A DNA stretch of 63,171 nucleotides, the filler included, from Reclinomonas americana ATCC 50394 (lineage: Eukaryota), in the NCBI GenBank assembly GCA_048213135.1. It is 6 parts of 4 records of this genome, joined end to end, with 100 filler letters (N's around TTAATTAATTAA, not from the genome) between each part and the next. Parts side by side here need not be neighbours in the genome. Positions count along the whole stretch, not along the records: positions 1 to 17,544 come from PS015171.1; 5 more parts are not named here. One strand, 5' to 3'. Position numbers and translations under genes: made by a program. The notes beneath the pieces were generated by a model that was given only the letters and a program-made list of their open reading frames with translations, ran no database searches and was not told the origin of the DNA. This document shows positions 1-12,100 of the stretch, piece by piece. The number at the start of each line of letters is the position of its first letter. The stretch's first letter is position 1.

Positions 1-1080
1 AGCGAAGAGCGCTGGTGACAGCACTGGGAACGCACAATGCAGGGTTACGTCGGCGTGCGCGCACACGTGTGTGTGTGTGCATTTTGCGCCGTGCTGTTGT
101 TGATTGATGATTGTGTGTCGTCCTCAGGGCTCCGTTTACCATTCAGCGATTGTGTGAGTTGCTGGTGGACCCGCATCGCCACTATCGCAGTCTGCGCAAG
201 TTTGTGTGCGCTGTGGACAAGGTGTTGAATGTGGTGTCACCGTCTACCGTGGCCACGGCGACCGACGACGAAATGGTGGCTGTCGACGATTCGGAGGAGC
301 CCCCCGTGCCCATGGAGGAGGAGCCACCGGTGCGTCGGCCCCTCCCCCTCTGCTTCGCCGCATGCACTCATATTGTGCACAGGTCACTCCCTCGGTGCCA
401 TCGCCGTTGCCGTCACCCGGTCGCACATCGTCGCTCTTCTTCGGAAGCCACAGTCCGAATCGCGTGCCGCTGATTCCACAGCACGCCATCAGCGAGCCTC
501 ATCCGTTGCATCACCAGCCACCACCTGAACCGTTCGAGGCGAATCCGTTGCCGTTCGAGGCTCACATGCCGCTGGATCCGCACCACGCTTCCGGCTCCGG
601 CAGCTCCAGTGGCAGCACCTCCCCACTTCTTCATCGACCGCAGTCGACGGCTTCCATGCGACCGCTGTCACCGCCACCGTCGCCACCGCGAGGCCTGCTC
701 GGCGCCAGCCACGTGGTACACCCACCAATGTCACCACCGCGGCTCCTATCACAGCAGCAGCCGCCAATGTCGCCACCATCTCCCAATGGTTTGTTGCTTT
801 CCCCCCGTGTGTGTTGACCAGTGATGGAATGGGGCCTGACGGCAACAACAACGCAGCACCAAGCTCGCTCTTCCACACACAACACCCGCCATCGGCGGTG
901 GGTGCTCTCTGGCGGGCTCATGTGGCCACGGTGGAGGAGCCCGACGAACTGGCTCCAGTTGAAATACGTCCTCGACCGCCACCACCGCCGCCGGCAGCAC
1001 AGCAGCAGCAGCAGCAGCAGAGTAGCAGCATGTCGGCGAGTGGGGACGCGGAAATGCGCGATGTCCAAGCGCCGGAATAA
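1..1080 (+). CDS. PPP4R2: PP4 regulatory subunit 2-like (PPP4R2/Psy4), 5'-truncated, spliced
   Basis: Motif APFTIQRLCELLVDPHRHYRSLRKFVCAVDKVLNVVS matches the conserved PPP4R2 core. A Pro/Ser-rich tail follows. Introns at 44-127, ~330-382 and 789-856; stop TAA at 1078-1080. Confidence 0.8.
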
Positions 1081-1170
1081 AGAGAATGCAAAGTTGGTAC
1101 GCTCTCGACGGTCGCAGCAGCAGGACACGTGATCCACGCACACACACATGCACCGCGGGGTGAGCAACGA

Positions 1171-3703
1171 ATGAGCGTAGCCTTTGTCGACAATCCAGTG
1201 TTTGCCGAGTACCTCGATGGTACACGCAGCAGCGCATACGCTCGTGTGTGAGCGGAGTGGACAACTGAGTGTGCCCTCTCTCTCTCTCTCTTTCTCCCTC
1301 ATCGCAGAGTTGCAGCAGTCTGGCATTGAGCTGCCCGCCGTCGACATTGTACCAGCACATGCCTTGCAGCACGAGTCCGATGAGAAGGAGCTGGAGCAGC
1401 ACGCACGAGACGAGGTCAGATGCTTCGCGTGCGTGTTGGAGAGTGCGCACAAACTCAATCAACGTGCGCCTGTGCAGAGCTTGTCTCGCACGCCACCGTC
1501 GATAGCACATGTTGCACCCGCGGTGCCTCGTTCTGATGGACTGACTCGTCTCTGGCGGAGGCGCCGAGCGCATGGTGAGGACTGATGAATGCAGGATGCA
1601 GTTTCTTCACCTTGACTCCTCTGTGACCATTGGCTGCGGACCAGATTCTGTGTGGCAGTGGAGTGCGGTGGCCCCCGGCGGCGAGCAGCAGGCCGTGGCC
1701 AGCGATTCCACCGACGAGGGCCAGCTGCAGCTCGTGGTCACGTGGCCGGTGACTGTCGCAGTGATCGCTGTGGTGCTTGCTCTACAGTCACAGTGCTGGA
1801 TCTGTGCCTGCGTCGTCATGGCGTTGTTTGCGATGCTGCTGGCGGTGGATTGGGTGCGTTGATTCGGGTAGGATGCAGCGTTTGTTCATGTTGTGTTGAT
1901 TGAGTTTGTGCAGTACCGGTGGGTGTTGCGGTCGTGTCGACTGGCGAATGTCGCGGCACTTGATCGGCATTTGAGTGCGTGGCAGGAGGCAGAGCGGGCA
2001 CTGGATGCGTGTGCTCGAGCCATTCGAGATGTGGAGGCTGTGCGTCGTGGATACTCGCTGTTGCGTGCTGCACTGCCCTTCTCATATCCATCAAGTGCGC
2101 TCACGAGCCGGTTGCAGTCGCTTCTCGGCCCCCATGTTTGTGCCCGATGGCAGTGAGCCGTCGTCGCAGCCGCTTCGTCGTGAAGTGCTGGGTATTGTGT
2201 GTGATCTGCGCTACAGTGTCTACCAGCGCCTCGGCGCGCTGCTGCCCGAGCGGTCACTGCCCGCATCCTCGCCTGTCGGTGCTTCGGAAAATCTGGAGGA
2301 CATTGGCAACGTGTTTACTGAGGCCGTCAGCACAGTGGCCGCCGTCTTTGATAGTGACCGCCTGTGCGTGGCGATCTCTCTCTTGCCTGGCCTGCACGCA
2401 TCTCTGCTGGCCGTAGTCTCTCGATTGTGGCAAGCATCGCGATTGGCGTGCACAGCGACTGCGGACGAACTCGCAGGCGACGATGCGAGCGCACTCAATG
2501 TGCTGCGAGTGCACGCCAGCCAGTTTGGGCGCGAGCTGGCAGCCGATGTGCGCGAGATGCAAGTGCATTTGTGGAGCATCGAGAGTCTCCTCGGACAGAC
2601 AGCAAGCGCGGACTCGTCCGCGACGCCGGTCCAGGTCATGTGCGAGCTGCTCGATCGCTGCCTCCGCATGTCGCAGGCGTTTGCGATGTGGCAGGATCGC
2701 CTGTGGCCGCAAGGCCGTGTCGGAAGTGCTGCTGGCACATCGAGTACCTCGTCGTTGCGTGGCACTGCTGTGGCGACGCGCGTGTTCCTGTTTGTTGAAT
2801 GCACGCTCACCGCTAGTGCCGCTCACGTAGCACCTCGGCTGCACTGGCGCGTCTGAACCCGTGGACGCAATACGTGCAAGCGGTGCTGGGAGACCGACTC
2901 GCAGATAGAGTATCGCTGTTGGCGGCAGATTGTTGCGCTGCATCACGCACCATCGTGTGCATGGTGACCTTGCTGCTGATGACATATCTGGCGATAGATT
3001 TTGCGAGGACGGGAACGGCGGTCGGTCGCCCAAAGCCGATACCAGCCGAGGGAGACGAGCAAGAGGAACACGCAGCAGGCGGTGACTGGAGAGCACCGCT
3101 GGCGAGTGTGCGTCTCGCAGACCTGCTGCAAATGGAGACGACAACGTTGGAGGTCGAGGCACTTGAAGTGGTGAGACACTGATACGTGCAGTTGATAAAT
3201 CTCTGGTGGTGCATGACCGTGGGGGGCGCGTGCTTTTACAGGCGACGGAGAGTGCACGGCGTGAGGCGGCTACCGGTTTGTGTTTCTCGTGTTACCGACG
3301 AAAGTTCGCATTGTGCTCTCACGTCTTCTGTCCCCTCGGCAGGCAGGTTTGCATTGCCGCCTTTGCCGATGCAGTTCGCCATGCGAGCGCAGCGGCGAGA
3401 AGAGGCCAGCATTGATGTCGACGATGTTGCGGCCGCCATGACTGCAAGCATGCCCAGCAGGGGTGCACCTACCACCCTCGGCGACAGTGACACCGATGAT
3501 GATGATGACGGCGCCGCGAGGTTCGATGTTTGTGCACACACTGTGCCGTCTCAGTTTTTCGACTCACTGCATTTCCATTCAGCGGCAGTCCGCTGCTGAT
3601 GCGCGAACTGAGTGCCGTGCTGCGCAATCGTCGGGAGATTCGTGAGTCACGAATCGAAGCAGGACGTCAGCCAGCAGCACCACCGGCGCCACCTGCGTCG
3701 TGA
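1171..3703 (+). CDS. Vezatin-like membrane protein, multi-exon
   Basis: Spliced N-terminus MSVAFVDNPVFAEYLDELQQSG resembles the vezatin 'ENSPLxxYL' motif. Two hydrophobic segments lie at ~1730-1850. ARAIRDVEAVRRGYSL resembles vezatin 'LIQEVELVSRGY', and C-terminal LLMRELSAVLRNR is also vezatin-like. Stop TGA at 3701-3703. Confidence 0.6.
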
Positions 3704-3846
3704 GCAAGCGACGACAAACCCCCGCATGCACGGACTGCACTTGTCATATTGTGCAAGTGTTCACTCAAGAGACCTGGTCACACCGAAAGAGTGCGCCAAG
3801 TCATCCCCAGCAGCTCCATCTAAACGCATCACGTGCGGCAGAAGGC

Positions 3847-6276
3847 TTAGATGGACAGCGGTTCATCCTGCGAGAATCGAACACACGAAAAAAGTGAACA
3901 ATCGCATCGCGTACTTGGAAACAACTCCGACAGTGAATGTACTCACTGCGCGTCCCAAAGCGCCAATGCCAGACGCCGACGACGACGACGAACCACCAAC
4001 TCGCACCGATGCACGTGAGTCGCCGCCAGACACTGTCGACGGTCTCTGCTGCACGCCACAAGATAACCATTGAAGTGAGTGACCTCTTCTTCTGAGTGCG
4101 TAGCAGCACAGCGATGGAGTCGGCACACACCTCCGCAGTGGGCGAGCCGCGAATCATCTCCAGCAGTCGGTTGCACTGCTCAATCATCTGCACAAGCAAA
4201 AAAAAGTCAGCATATACCCCAGACAGTCTCCAAACACACACACACACACCTGGTCGGCTGAATCGCTCTCGTCGCGTCCCGACAGGCTGAGAGCATTGGC
4301 CGTGGCCCACACCTTCTCGCGAATGAATCTCCGGTACTCGGCCGTGAGGTTCTCCAACACGCCCTCGAAACGAGCCTTCTGGAACTCGAGGCACGTCTCG
4401 TGCTGTACTAACGGCAGTCAGGGAAGGGGAGAGGACAACATAGCGAGGAAATAAATGAAGCACAGACCTTCTTGATCTCCTCGTCAAGCGCATTGATCTT
4501 CTTGGCCGAGTCGGTCTTTTGGCGCTTGGTGATTGCATCGGCAAGGTCGCCAGAGGAGAAATCGTACAGCTGCTGTGCCTCGGGGCGGCTCTTGATCCAA
4601 TCCTGCATACACACACACCCTTGTCAACCACACAAACAACTGCGAGGGAGATTGCTGCATGGTGAAGACGACGAACCACAAAGGAGCCAGATGAGCGGTC
4701 GAAGAAATCGGCCACATCACCCACATTTCGGTCCAGCGAGAATGCCTGGTGCCGGCAGGGGTGCAAGAGTCAGACACGCACGTACTCTGCAGAGCGAGAT
4801 GAAACCCGAGTGCCACCACACACCGTGGCCTCCATGTCCTTGCCCATGGCACCAGTGATGCGATCCAGCTCGAGCCACAGCCGCTTCGTCGTGTCGTCAC
4901 TCTCGTGAATGCCGAATGACTTGAAGCCGTCTGCCACGCTCGTCATCGACTCGGCCATGGCTGCTCTCCGTGTGAGAACGATATAACGAATGGGCGTCAC
5001 ATGCTGCCCGCTCACCGTGCTTGCCCTTGGCCAGCTTCGAGCACACCTGGGAGAGGTGGTGCAGATCCTTGCCCACGGCCTCCATGTACTCGATGGTGGA
5101 CTGCTCCTTGCCTGACAGACGCAGTGGATCGCCCTCGCCGGGCTTCGAGAACACGCCCTTGATCTTCTTGAGGCCCATCAAGAAGGACGACTTGGTGCTG
5201 CGCTTGCGCGACTCGGTGAGCGCCTTGGCACGAAGCACGGTCTCGGAGAACAACTGTGTTGGATGCACGCGTGTCAGCTCGCTGCACGACTCACGCGCAT
5301 GCAGCATGCCCACGCAACATCGGCCGAGTCCGAGATGAAGTGACGCAGATTCTGCGACGAGCGCAGCTGGTGGTGATCCGCAATCTTTTCCAAGAAAAGC
5401 TGCAGGCCAGCGACGCGCTGATCCTCAAACGTTGACGACAGCCGGTCTGTCACCGACACACAAGGGTGAGCGAGAGCAAGAGAGGGAGATCGCGTCATGA
5501 CACACACACACACACACCGACAAGAGACGAGTCGGGGGTCGGCGGAATCACAACGCCTGTGAACTCCTCCGCCAGCACCGAGCGCAGCCACTCAAAGTCA
5601 GCATACCGGCGGTACACAGACAGCTGTTGGCCGGCGCCCTCGCCTTGCACAATCTATGCACACGCACACACACCATGAGACGAGCGAGGACAGATGGAGA
5701 GAGACACGGCCGCGCCAACCTGCGTGTCAATCTGATAGAACGTGGTCTTGTCGATCTTGGTCAGCGACACCGCAAAGCGCATGAACGGGTCGCCAAACGT
5801 CACCAAGCAACTGCGTCGCCCGAGGAGCACAAGTGAATGCGAGGTCACGCGGGCGGGCATGTTGTTGCAGAAATAGGTGGACATCTCTCTCTCGCTCTCT
5901 CGCCCTCTCGCCCTCACTCATTCAGCAGACAGCGTGGTGATGAATGCCACTGTGCATGTGTGCAAAGAGACACGCAACGGCCGCTGCTGCAACACCGGAG
6001 AGGCGAGCCCCGACGCCGAGGCATACACCGAGGCGCGCGAGCCAGCTGCCGAGCCACTCACATCACTCCATCCAGGTGCCGACGACGATGACGCCTGCAG
6101 GCATGCACAAGAGACACACAGAGAGAGAGAGAGAGACAAAGAGAGAGAAGAGCGCGCGAGACAGTGAGCCATTTCGCCCCCACGCCAACTCTCACACACA
6201 CACGCACGCGCGCACAACAAAGAGCAGGTGAAAGAGGGAGAGCGCAGAGGCAGACAGGCGCTGCACACGCACCATG
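3847..6276 (-). CDS. PX-BAR sorting nexin (SNX1/2/Vps5-like)
   Basis: Spliced PX domain (SVYRRYADFEWLRSVLAEEFTGVVIPPTP...QRVAGLQLFLEKIADHHQLRSSQNLRHFI) followed by long helical BAR-like exons. The first exon is ATG only. Probable end DEPLSI-TAA. Confidence 0.8.
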
Positions 6277-6351
6277 ATTTGCTGCAAGAGTGGAAGCGAT
6301 CGCGAGCAAATTGTACATATCGCACACACACACTCTGAGAGCACACAAAAA

Positions 6352-7926
6352 ATGCAGTCGCCGCCTGACTCCAGCGATGATCGTTCCGGAGAGTTCTTCC
6401 GAGTTGCGTCTCTCACACTCTCTCACACACACACGCACACGCACTGTTCATTGACACGCTCGTCATCATCGCAGTTGGGCTCGCGCATTGGCGAGTATGG
6501 CATCCTCGCAGGCTCTGCGTCCACGGAGCTGGCTGAGCGCACCGCCACCGCCCTCGGCATTCACCTCATTCCCGCCAAAGTCTCCCGCTTTGCCGACGGA
6601 GAGGTGCATATGTGTGTGTGTGTTGGGAGTTGTTCCGCGACAACATCTACAGCACAAACTCATCTCCGATCGTCCGCCTTTTTTTTTATCTTGTGTATTG
6701 TGTATATAACACAGATTGGCGTCAAGGTGCTGGAGAATGTCCGTGAGAAGAACGGTACCGTTGTGTGTGTCTTGTGAGGCTTTGCTTTTCTCCGCTTTGC
6801 ATCTGATGCACCTGTATCTGTAACAGTGTTTGTGGTGCAGTCGACGGCACCGCCGGTCAACGACAACCTCATGGAGCTGCTGCTGCTGATTGATGCGCTG
6901 CGTCGTGCCTCGTGCAAGGTCTATACGTTTGATGTGGTTTGTCTTTTTTTTTGCTGTTTGTCATGGTGATCTCACGTGGGCCGCCATGTAGAACATTTAT
7001 GCGGTCATTCCGTATTACGGGTACGCGCGACAGGATCGCAAGACGCAGCCGCGTGTGCCCATCTCGGCGGCCTTGGTGGCCAAGCTCATTGAGGGCGTCG
7101 GCGTGCATGCTGTCATTGCCGTCGACTTGCACTGGTGCGCTATCACGCTGACTGACGTTGATGATAATGATGTGTGTTTTTGTGTCGCTGAGCCTCCGAG
7201 CCCACAGTGGCCAGATTCAGGGCTTCTTCGAGCGACCAGTCGACAACCTCTACGGCAGTGTGGTGATCAAGGACTACTTCCTGCAGCCCGAGTTCCGCGT
7301 GCCCAACCTGGTGGTGGTGTCGCCCGACGCCGGTGGTGCCGAGCGCGCCGACAAGTTCCGCTCGTACCTCGTGCAGGAGGGATTGGATGTGGGTTTTGCC
7401 ATCATGAACAAGACTCGCCCGCGTGCCAACGAGGTGCGCTGTGTGGTGTTTCTCGCTGCTGCAATAAGAAGAAAGGCGATGCGAGTCAACTGAACTTCGT
7501 GCGCGTGGCAGATCTCGCACATGGAGCTGATTGGCGACGTCAGTGGCGCGACCGTCATTATTGTCGACGACATGATCGACACTGCCGGCACTCTCTGCAA
7601 GGCTGCGCAGGTGCTGCGTGATGCCGGTGCAGGCGACATTTACGCGTGCGCCTCGCACGGTCTCTTCAGCGGCGAGGCTGTGGAGCGCATTGAGGCCAGC
7701 GTGCTTTCCAAGGTGTGCTTTCGTTCACCAATCATTTCAATAGAATGCGTTTTGCTCATCGCCCCCGACCCAGGTGGTGGTGCTCGACACCGTTCACACG
7801 GAAAAGACCAGCGAGAAGATTGTCACGCTGTCGGTGGCACCCTTGGTCGCCTCCGCCATTCGCCACGCCGGCGAGGGCCGCTCTGTCAACCAGCTTTTCG
7901 CCATGGCTGGTGTCTCCGGCCACTAA
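6352..7926 (+). CDS. PRPS: Ribose-phosphate pyrophosphokinase (class I PRPP synthetase)
   Basis: Motifs [68 protein letters not shown] and SHGLFS, joined through 7 GT-AG introns. Confidence 0.97.
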
Positions 7927-7993
7927 AATCCTGTGGCCGCGTGGTCACACTGTGGACGTAGGAGCAGCGCACCGTGTGTGCCCCCTCCTCACA

Positions 7994-8299
7994 ATGAACT
8001 CCGTCGTCAATCCCCCGCGTTGTCCTTGGAAGTCCTCGGTTGTCCTTTTGTGTTTGTGATTGCGGAGTGGGCAGGGACCATGTGCAGCCGCGCTCCTCGT
8101 GTTTTCTTCTTCTCATTCCTCGGCCTCGTGGTCTTCATCGTCGCCATTCAAGCATGGATGATGGCCGTGCCGCACTGGGTGGTCAGTATTTCTCCGCATC
8201 TCCACTCGCACTCGCGCACACGCGTGGTTGACACACACACGCACACACGTGCCTCATGTGCACGAGCTCTCTCTTACGCACAGCACACGTATATGCACG

Positions 8300-8333
<34 letters not shown>

Positions 8334-9047
8334 GTGTGTGTCGGAAGTTGTCTTCTCACGCTTCCGCATCACGACACGCAGAAGGGCAACTTTGATTCGT
8401 CGGCCACAGTCACCGCCGGCCTTCTCAAGGAGGTCCTCTGCATCGACGGTGCATGCATCACGGCCGACCTCGATGGCGACCTGCAGTCACAAGGCAAACA
8501 GGTTCGGAAATGACTTGTCGGTGTTGCTGCCTGCGCTCGTGCAAGTGTGCACTGCTGACGATGTGTGTGCGTCTGTTGCGCGCAGACTCTCATCTTCCTG
8601 ATCTTTGGCGAGATTGCGGTTGGTATCGCTCTGGCATTCTACATTGTGTTCTGGCTGAAGGGATACCGCTTCCTGTGGAAACTGCTGGCCATTCTGTTCC
8701 ATGGTGCCGGCGTCGCTCTCTGCTTCATTGGAGTCATCAAGTACACCACGGGTGTGAATCGCCAGGGTGGCAGCTGGGACTACTCGTATATTGTCACGTG
8801 GCTGATTACCCTCGTCGGCGCCCTGATCGTGTTCTTCCCGCTGTTCTTGAGACCGACGCCCGAGGACAAGATGAAGCGGCCGCTGTCGGAGCACATGGGT
8901 GGACCCGAGCGGAGTGACACGCTGTTGCGTCTCTCTCTCTCTCTTGCGTTCTCTCGTCGCGTCTCCTGCTTTGTCACTCGCCCTCACTTTCCGTCGCGTG
9001 ACTGCAGCATGGTGCCTGCAAAGCATCCACACAGCGATTCCGTGTAA
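7994..9047 (+). CDS. Four-transmembrane claudin/PMP22-like protein
   Basis: Four hydrophobic segments. The first loop has a W...GL...C...C pattern (PHWV...TAGLLKEVLCIDGAC), and WDYSY precedes the last TM segment. The last exon is uncertain. Confidence 0.55.
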
Positions 9048-9166
9048 TAAGGACCTCTTCTCCGCCAGCTGCATTCAGCAGCAGCTCGTAGGGCCATGAA
9101 ATGAAACTCATCGGCGTACAAGACATTTTTCTGCTTCGTGTACTACACTCTGCGTGCCCCATTTTT

Positions 9167-12100
9167 TCATGGTGGTGGCGCGGCAGCTGACGCCGACGAC
9201 GGCTTGGCAGTGGCGTCCTGGTAATGGTGATTGTAGTCGAGCCGCACGAGCAAGTCTCGCAGGTGTGGCTGACTGCGGTAGCGCCGCTCGTCGAGACGCG
9301 AGAGCACCGTGACCAGAAAATTGGTGCACTCGCGGAACACATGCTGACTCTGCGCCAGTGGCTGATGCAGCGGGTGCTGTGTGGCACACACACAGATGTA
9401 TGAACACGAAAATGTACAGGTGGGCTTGACGGCACAAGAATTGGCACGCACAATGGTCAACAGCTCCGGATAGTCGAGACAGTCACGCAAGTCCTCGCAC
9501 TGAGAGTCGAATAACCGCTCAAACTTGACGGCCTCCCGGTGCAGCTCGCGGAACACTTGCTGGAGCGAGCTGGCCTTCTCGTTCAGCAGACATCTGCGCG
9601 CACAAATACACGAGCATCGTACCGTCAGTGACACACACACAGACCAACAACCAGTGGCAACGACAAGAGGCGTCACCTTTGGAGGGCTCGATTCAGGTAG
9701 GCCTCGTGCAGGTTGCGCAGCGCCTCCACCGACTGCACCTGGTCGAGTCGCTCCACAAAGTCCGACCAGTTGACATCCAGCACTTGCGTCATGAGATATT
9801 GCTGCATGATGCTGATAAAGTGTTGCATCTCGTGGCGGAACAGCGACAGCTGTGTGGTGAGGCCCGAATGGTTCATCTTGAAACCGGCCTCTCGCAGCTT
9901 CACCCACATGCGCTTGATTGCCGCAGACAGTGCCATGTAGCGCATGAAGAAACGGAAGAGCACATTGTACGCTTGCAACGTGCGCTGCGTGATCACCACA
10001 TTCAGAGGCCAACCGACACAGTAGTCAACTTCGAGGCAGTCCATCAGACTGAGATCTGCATTGGGTGGACAGGAATGAGCAAACGAGACGCACGATGCAG
10101 CCTCGCTGTCGAACGACTCACCGTCGACTGATTCGAGTTCGCTGAACAGCGGACGCAGGCGGAACCGCAATCGATGATGATGTGGCAACGACGACTCGTA
10201 GTTCATGCTCTTCAGGCAGCGAGTGAACACGGCCTGCACGTCGAGGTGCCATGGACTCGCCGAGGTTCGTATCTGCCCCCAACAACAGGTCAACAGCCCT
10301 GTTCAGCTCCCGTCCAACTAGAAACCCTTGAGACGAGCAAAAACACACCGCAGTGACAAACTCGCTGGCAAACATGTCAAACAGATCACCCTGTTGCGTG
10401 AGCAGGTACCGACGGAGAGACTCGAGGTGCCCAGCCAAGTCGACATCGTTGATGAGGAAATGAAGCGCGGCCTCCTCCACGGCTTGTCGCCTGTACGCAC
10501 GCATACACAGCCGAGTTAGCTCCATGGTCGTATTACATCGGAACACCGAGACACATAACTGCGCCATCAGTGGACGAATCACGTTTTCGTGAATCACCAC
10601 GTCCAGCGGCACCTCCAGATCCACACCAAAGTCATCGTGCTCCAGCTCATCATCATCACCACGGCCATCGTCGTCGTCGTCCTCATCGTCGCCATCGTCG
10701 TCATTGTCGGCAATGTCACTATCGTCGCCACCGGCATCGTTGGCGATTGCTGCCAGAGCGTCAGTTGATGGTGCAGCCGGTGACTCCGATGGAACTGACT
10801 GCGCAGCAACAACAAGTGGGGCCGGTTCAGCGGCGGACAGCGACTGCAACTCGCCGCGCTGCACGACCTCGTCCACAATCGATCGCAGAGCAGAAACCGG
10901 CGTGGACGCAGCCACCATGACTGCCACCGCACTCGGCAGCTCGCCGTCATCATCATCCGCCAGCTCAATGTGCACAGAGCCAGCGACTGTTGCGTCTCTG
11001 GAAGCCGTAACCACCTCCGCTGCACTGCTGTCGCCACCACCAGCGACGGTAGCGACGGCGATCACAGTGCCCGCCGCCTGTTCGGTAGATTCCGCGGCCG
11101 ACACCTCGGGCATATCGAAGCTTAGCCGACGGAACGGACGCGCCAACGGGCTCCCACTGTCGCTGTGGACAACATCGCCTCTGGCGACGGCAGCCAGCTC
11201 CGCCTGCAGTCGCGATTCTTCCTCGCGCAGCATCCGTCGACGCTTCTCGGAGCTCTCCAATCTTCTCCGTCGCCACTGACTTCGAGCTAGTTTGCGTGCA
11301 CTCTGTGTACGAGAAATACATGAGCACCAGGAGGCAGACAGATCATTACCACGGCGATCGATCACACACCCTTTCAGTCATCTCCTTGTACTCGCGTTCA
11401 ATCTGCTTCCGTGCTGCGTCGAGCAATAGGCGATCGCTCTCCAGCTGTCTTTGCTCTCGATCGAGCTCCTGCAAGCGCACCCCGAGTCAGGCGAGACAAG
11501 CTCTCCCGAATACACAACACAACAACACTCAACTTCACGCTGACGCTGCGCGGCCTCCTCGCGTGCGTGCTGCAGTTGCGCTTGATGCGCGCTCTGCATC
11601 TCCGTCATGAGCCGTCGCCGCCGTGAGACCTCCTGCATCGCCAGCTCTCGCCGTTGCTGTCGCCATCGTTTGAACAAGTACGTTTCCTGCGATAGGGAAG
11701 TACTTGCACGATGAACAGCAACAACACACACACACACACACACACGGAAGGCACATCTGCTACACAGATCGCAACTCGCTCCGCCAGTGTGAGAAGTCGT
11801 GGCACACCGGTCAGTGATGCCGGCTCTTCGCCAGTGATAGCTGTTCGGATGGTCACCATTCGGTCGCGAAGTTCGCTGGCGTACTGCTCCTCCCGCCTTG
11901 TCAGCACCAGTTGCCGCAGCACTCGCTGCTGTTGTGTCAGATGGACGATTTTCTGTGGACTGACTGTGAGAGACACCACCGCACATTGTCGCGCGAGAAA
12001 AAAAACGACGCACATCATGTGTCAGGCCGACTCGACGTTGTTTGCTCCGCACGTCGAAGCGAGGCCGCAGAGTCTCCCACTCCAGCACACATTCATCAAC

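Noticed and set aside
793-821. Ultra-short 29-nt intron in PPP4R2
   Set aside because: A 68-nt intron at 789-856 with a CCTGAC branch site restores the same frame and fits the local size norm.
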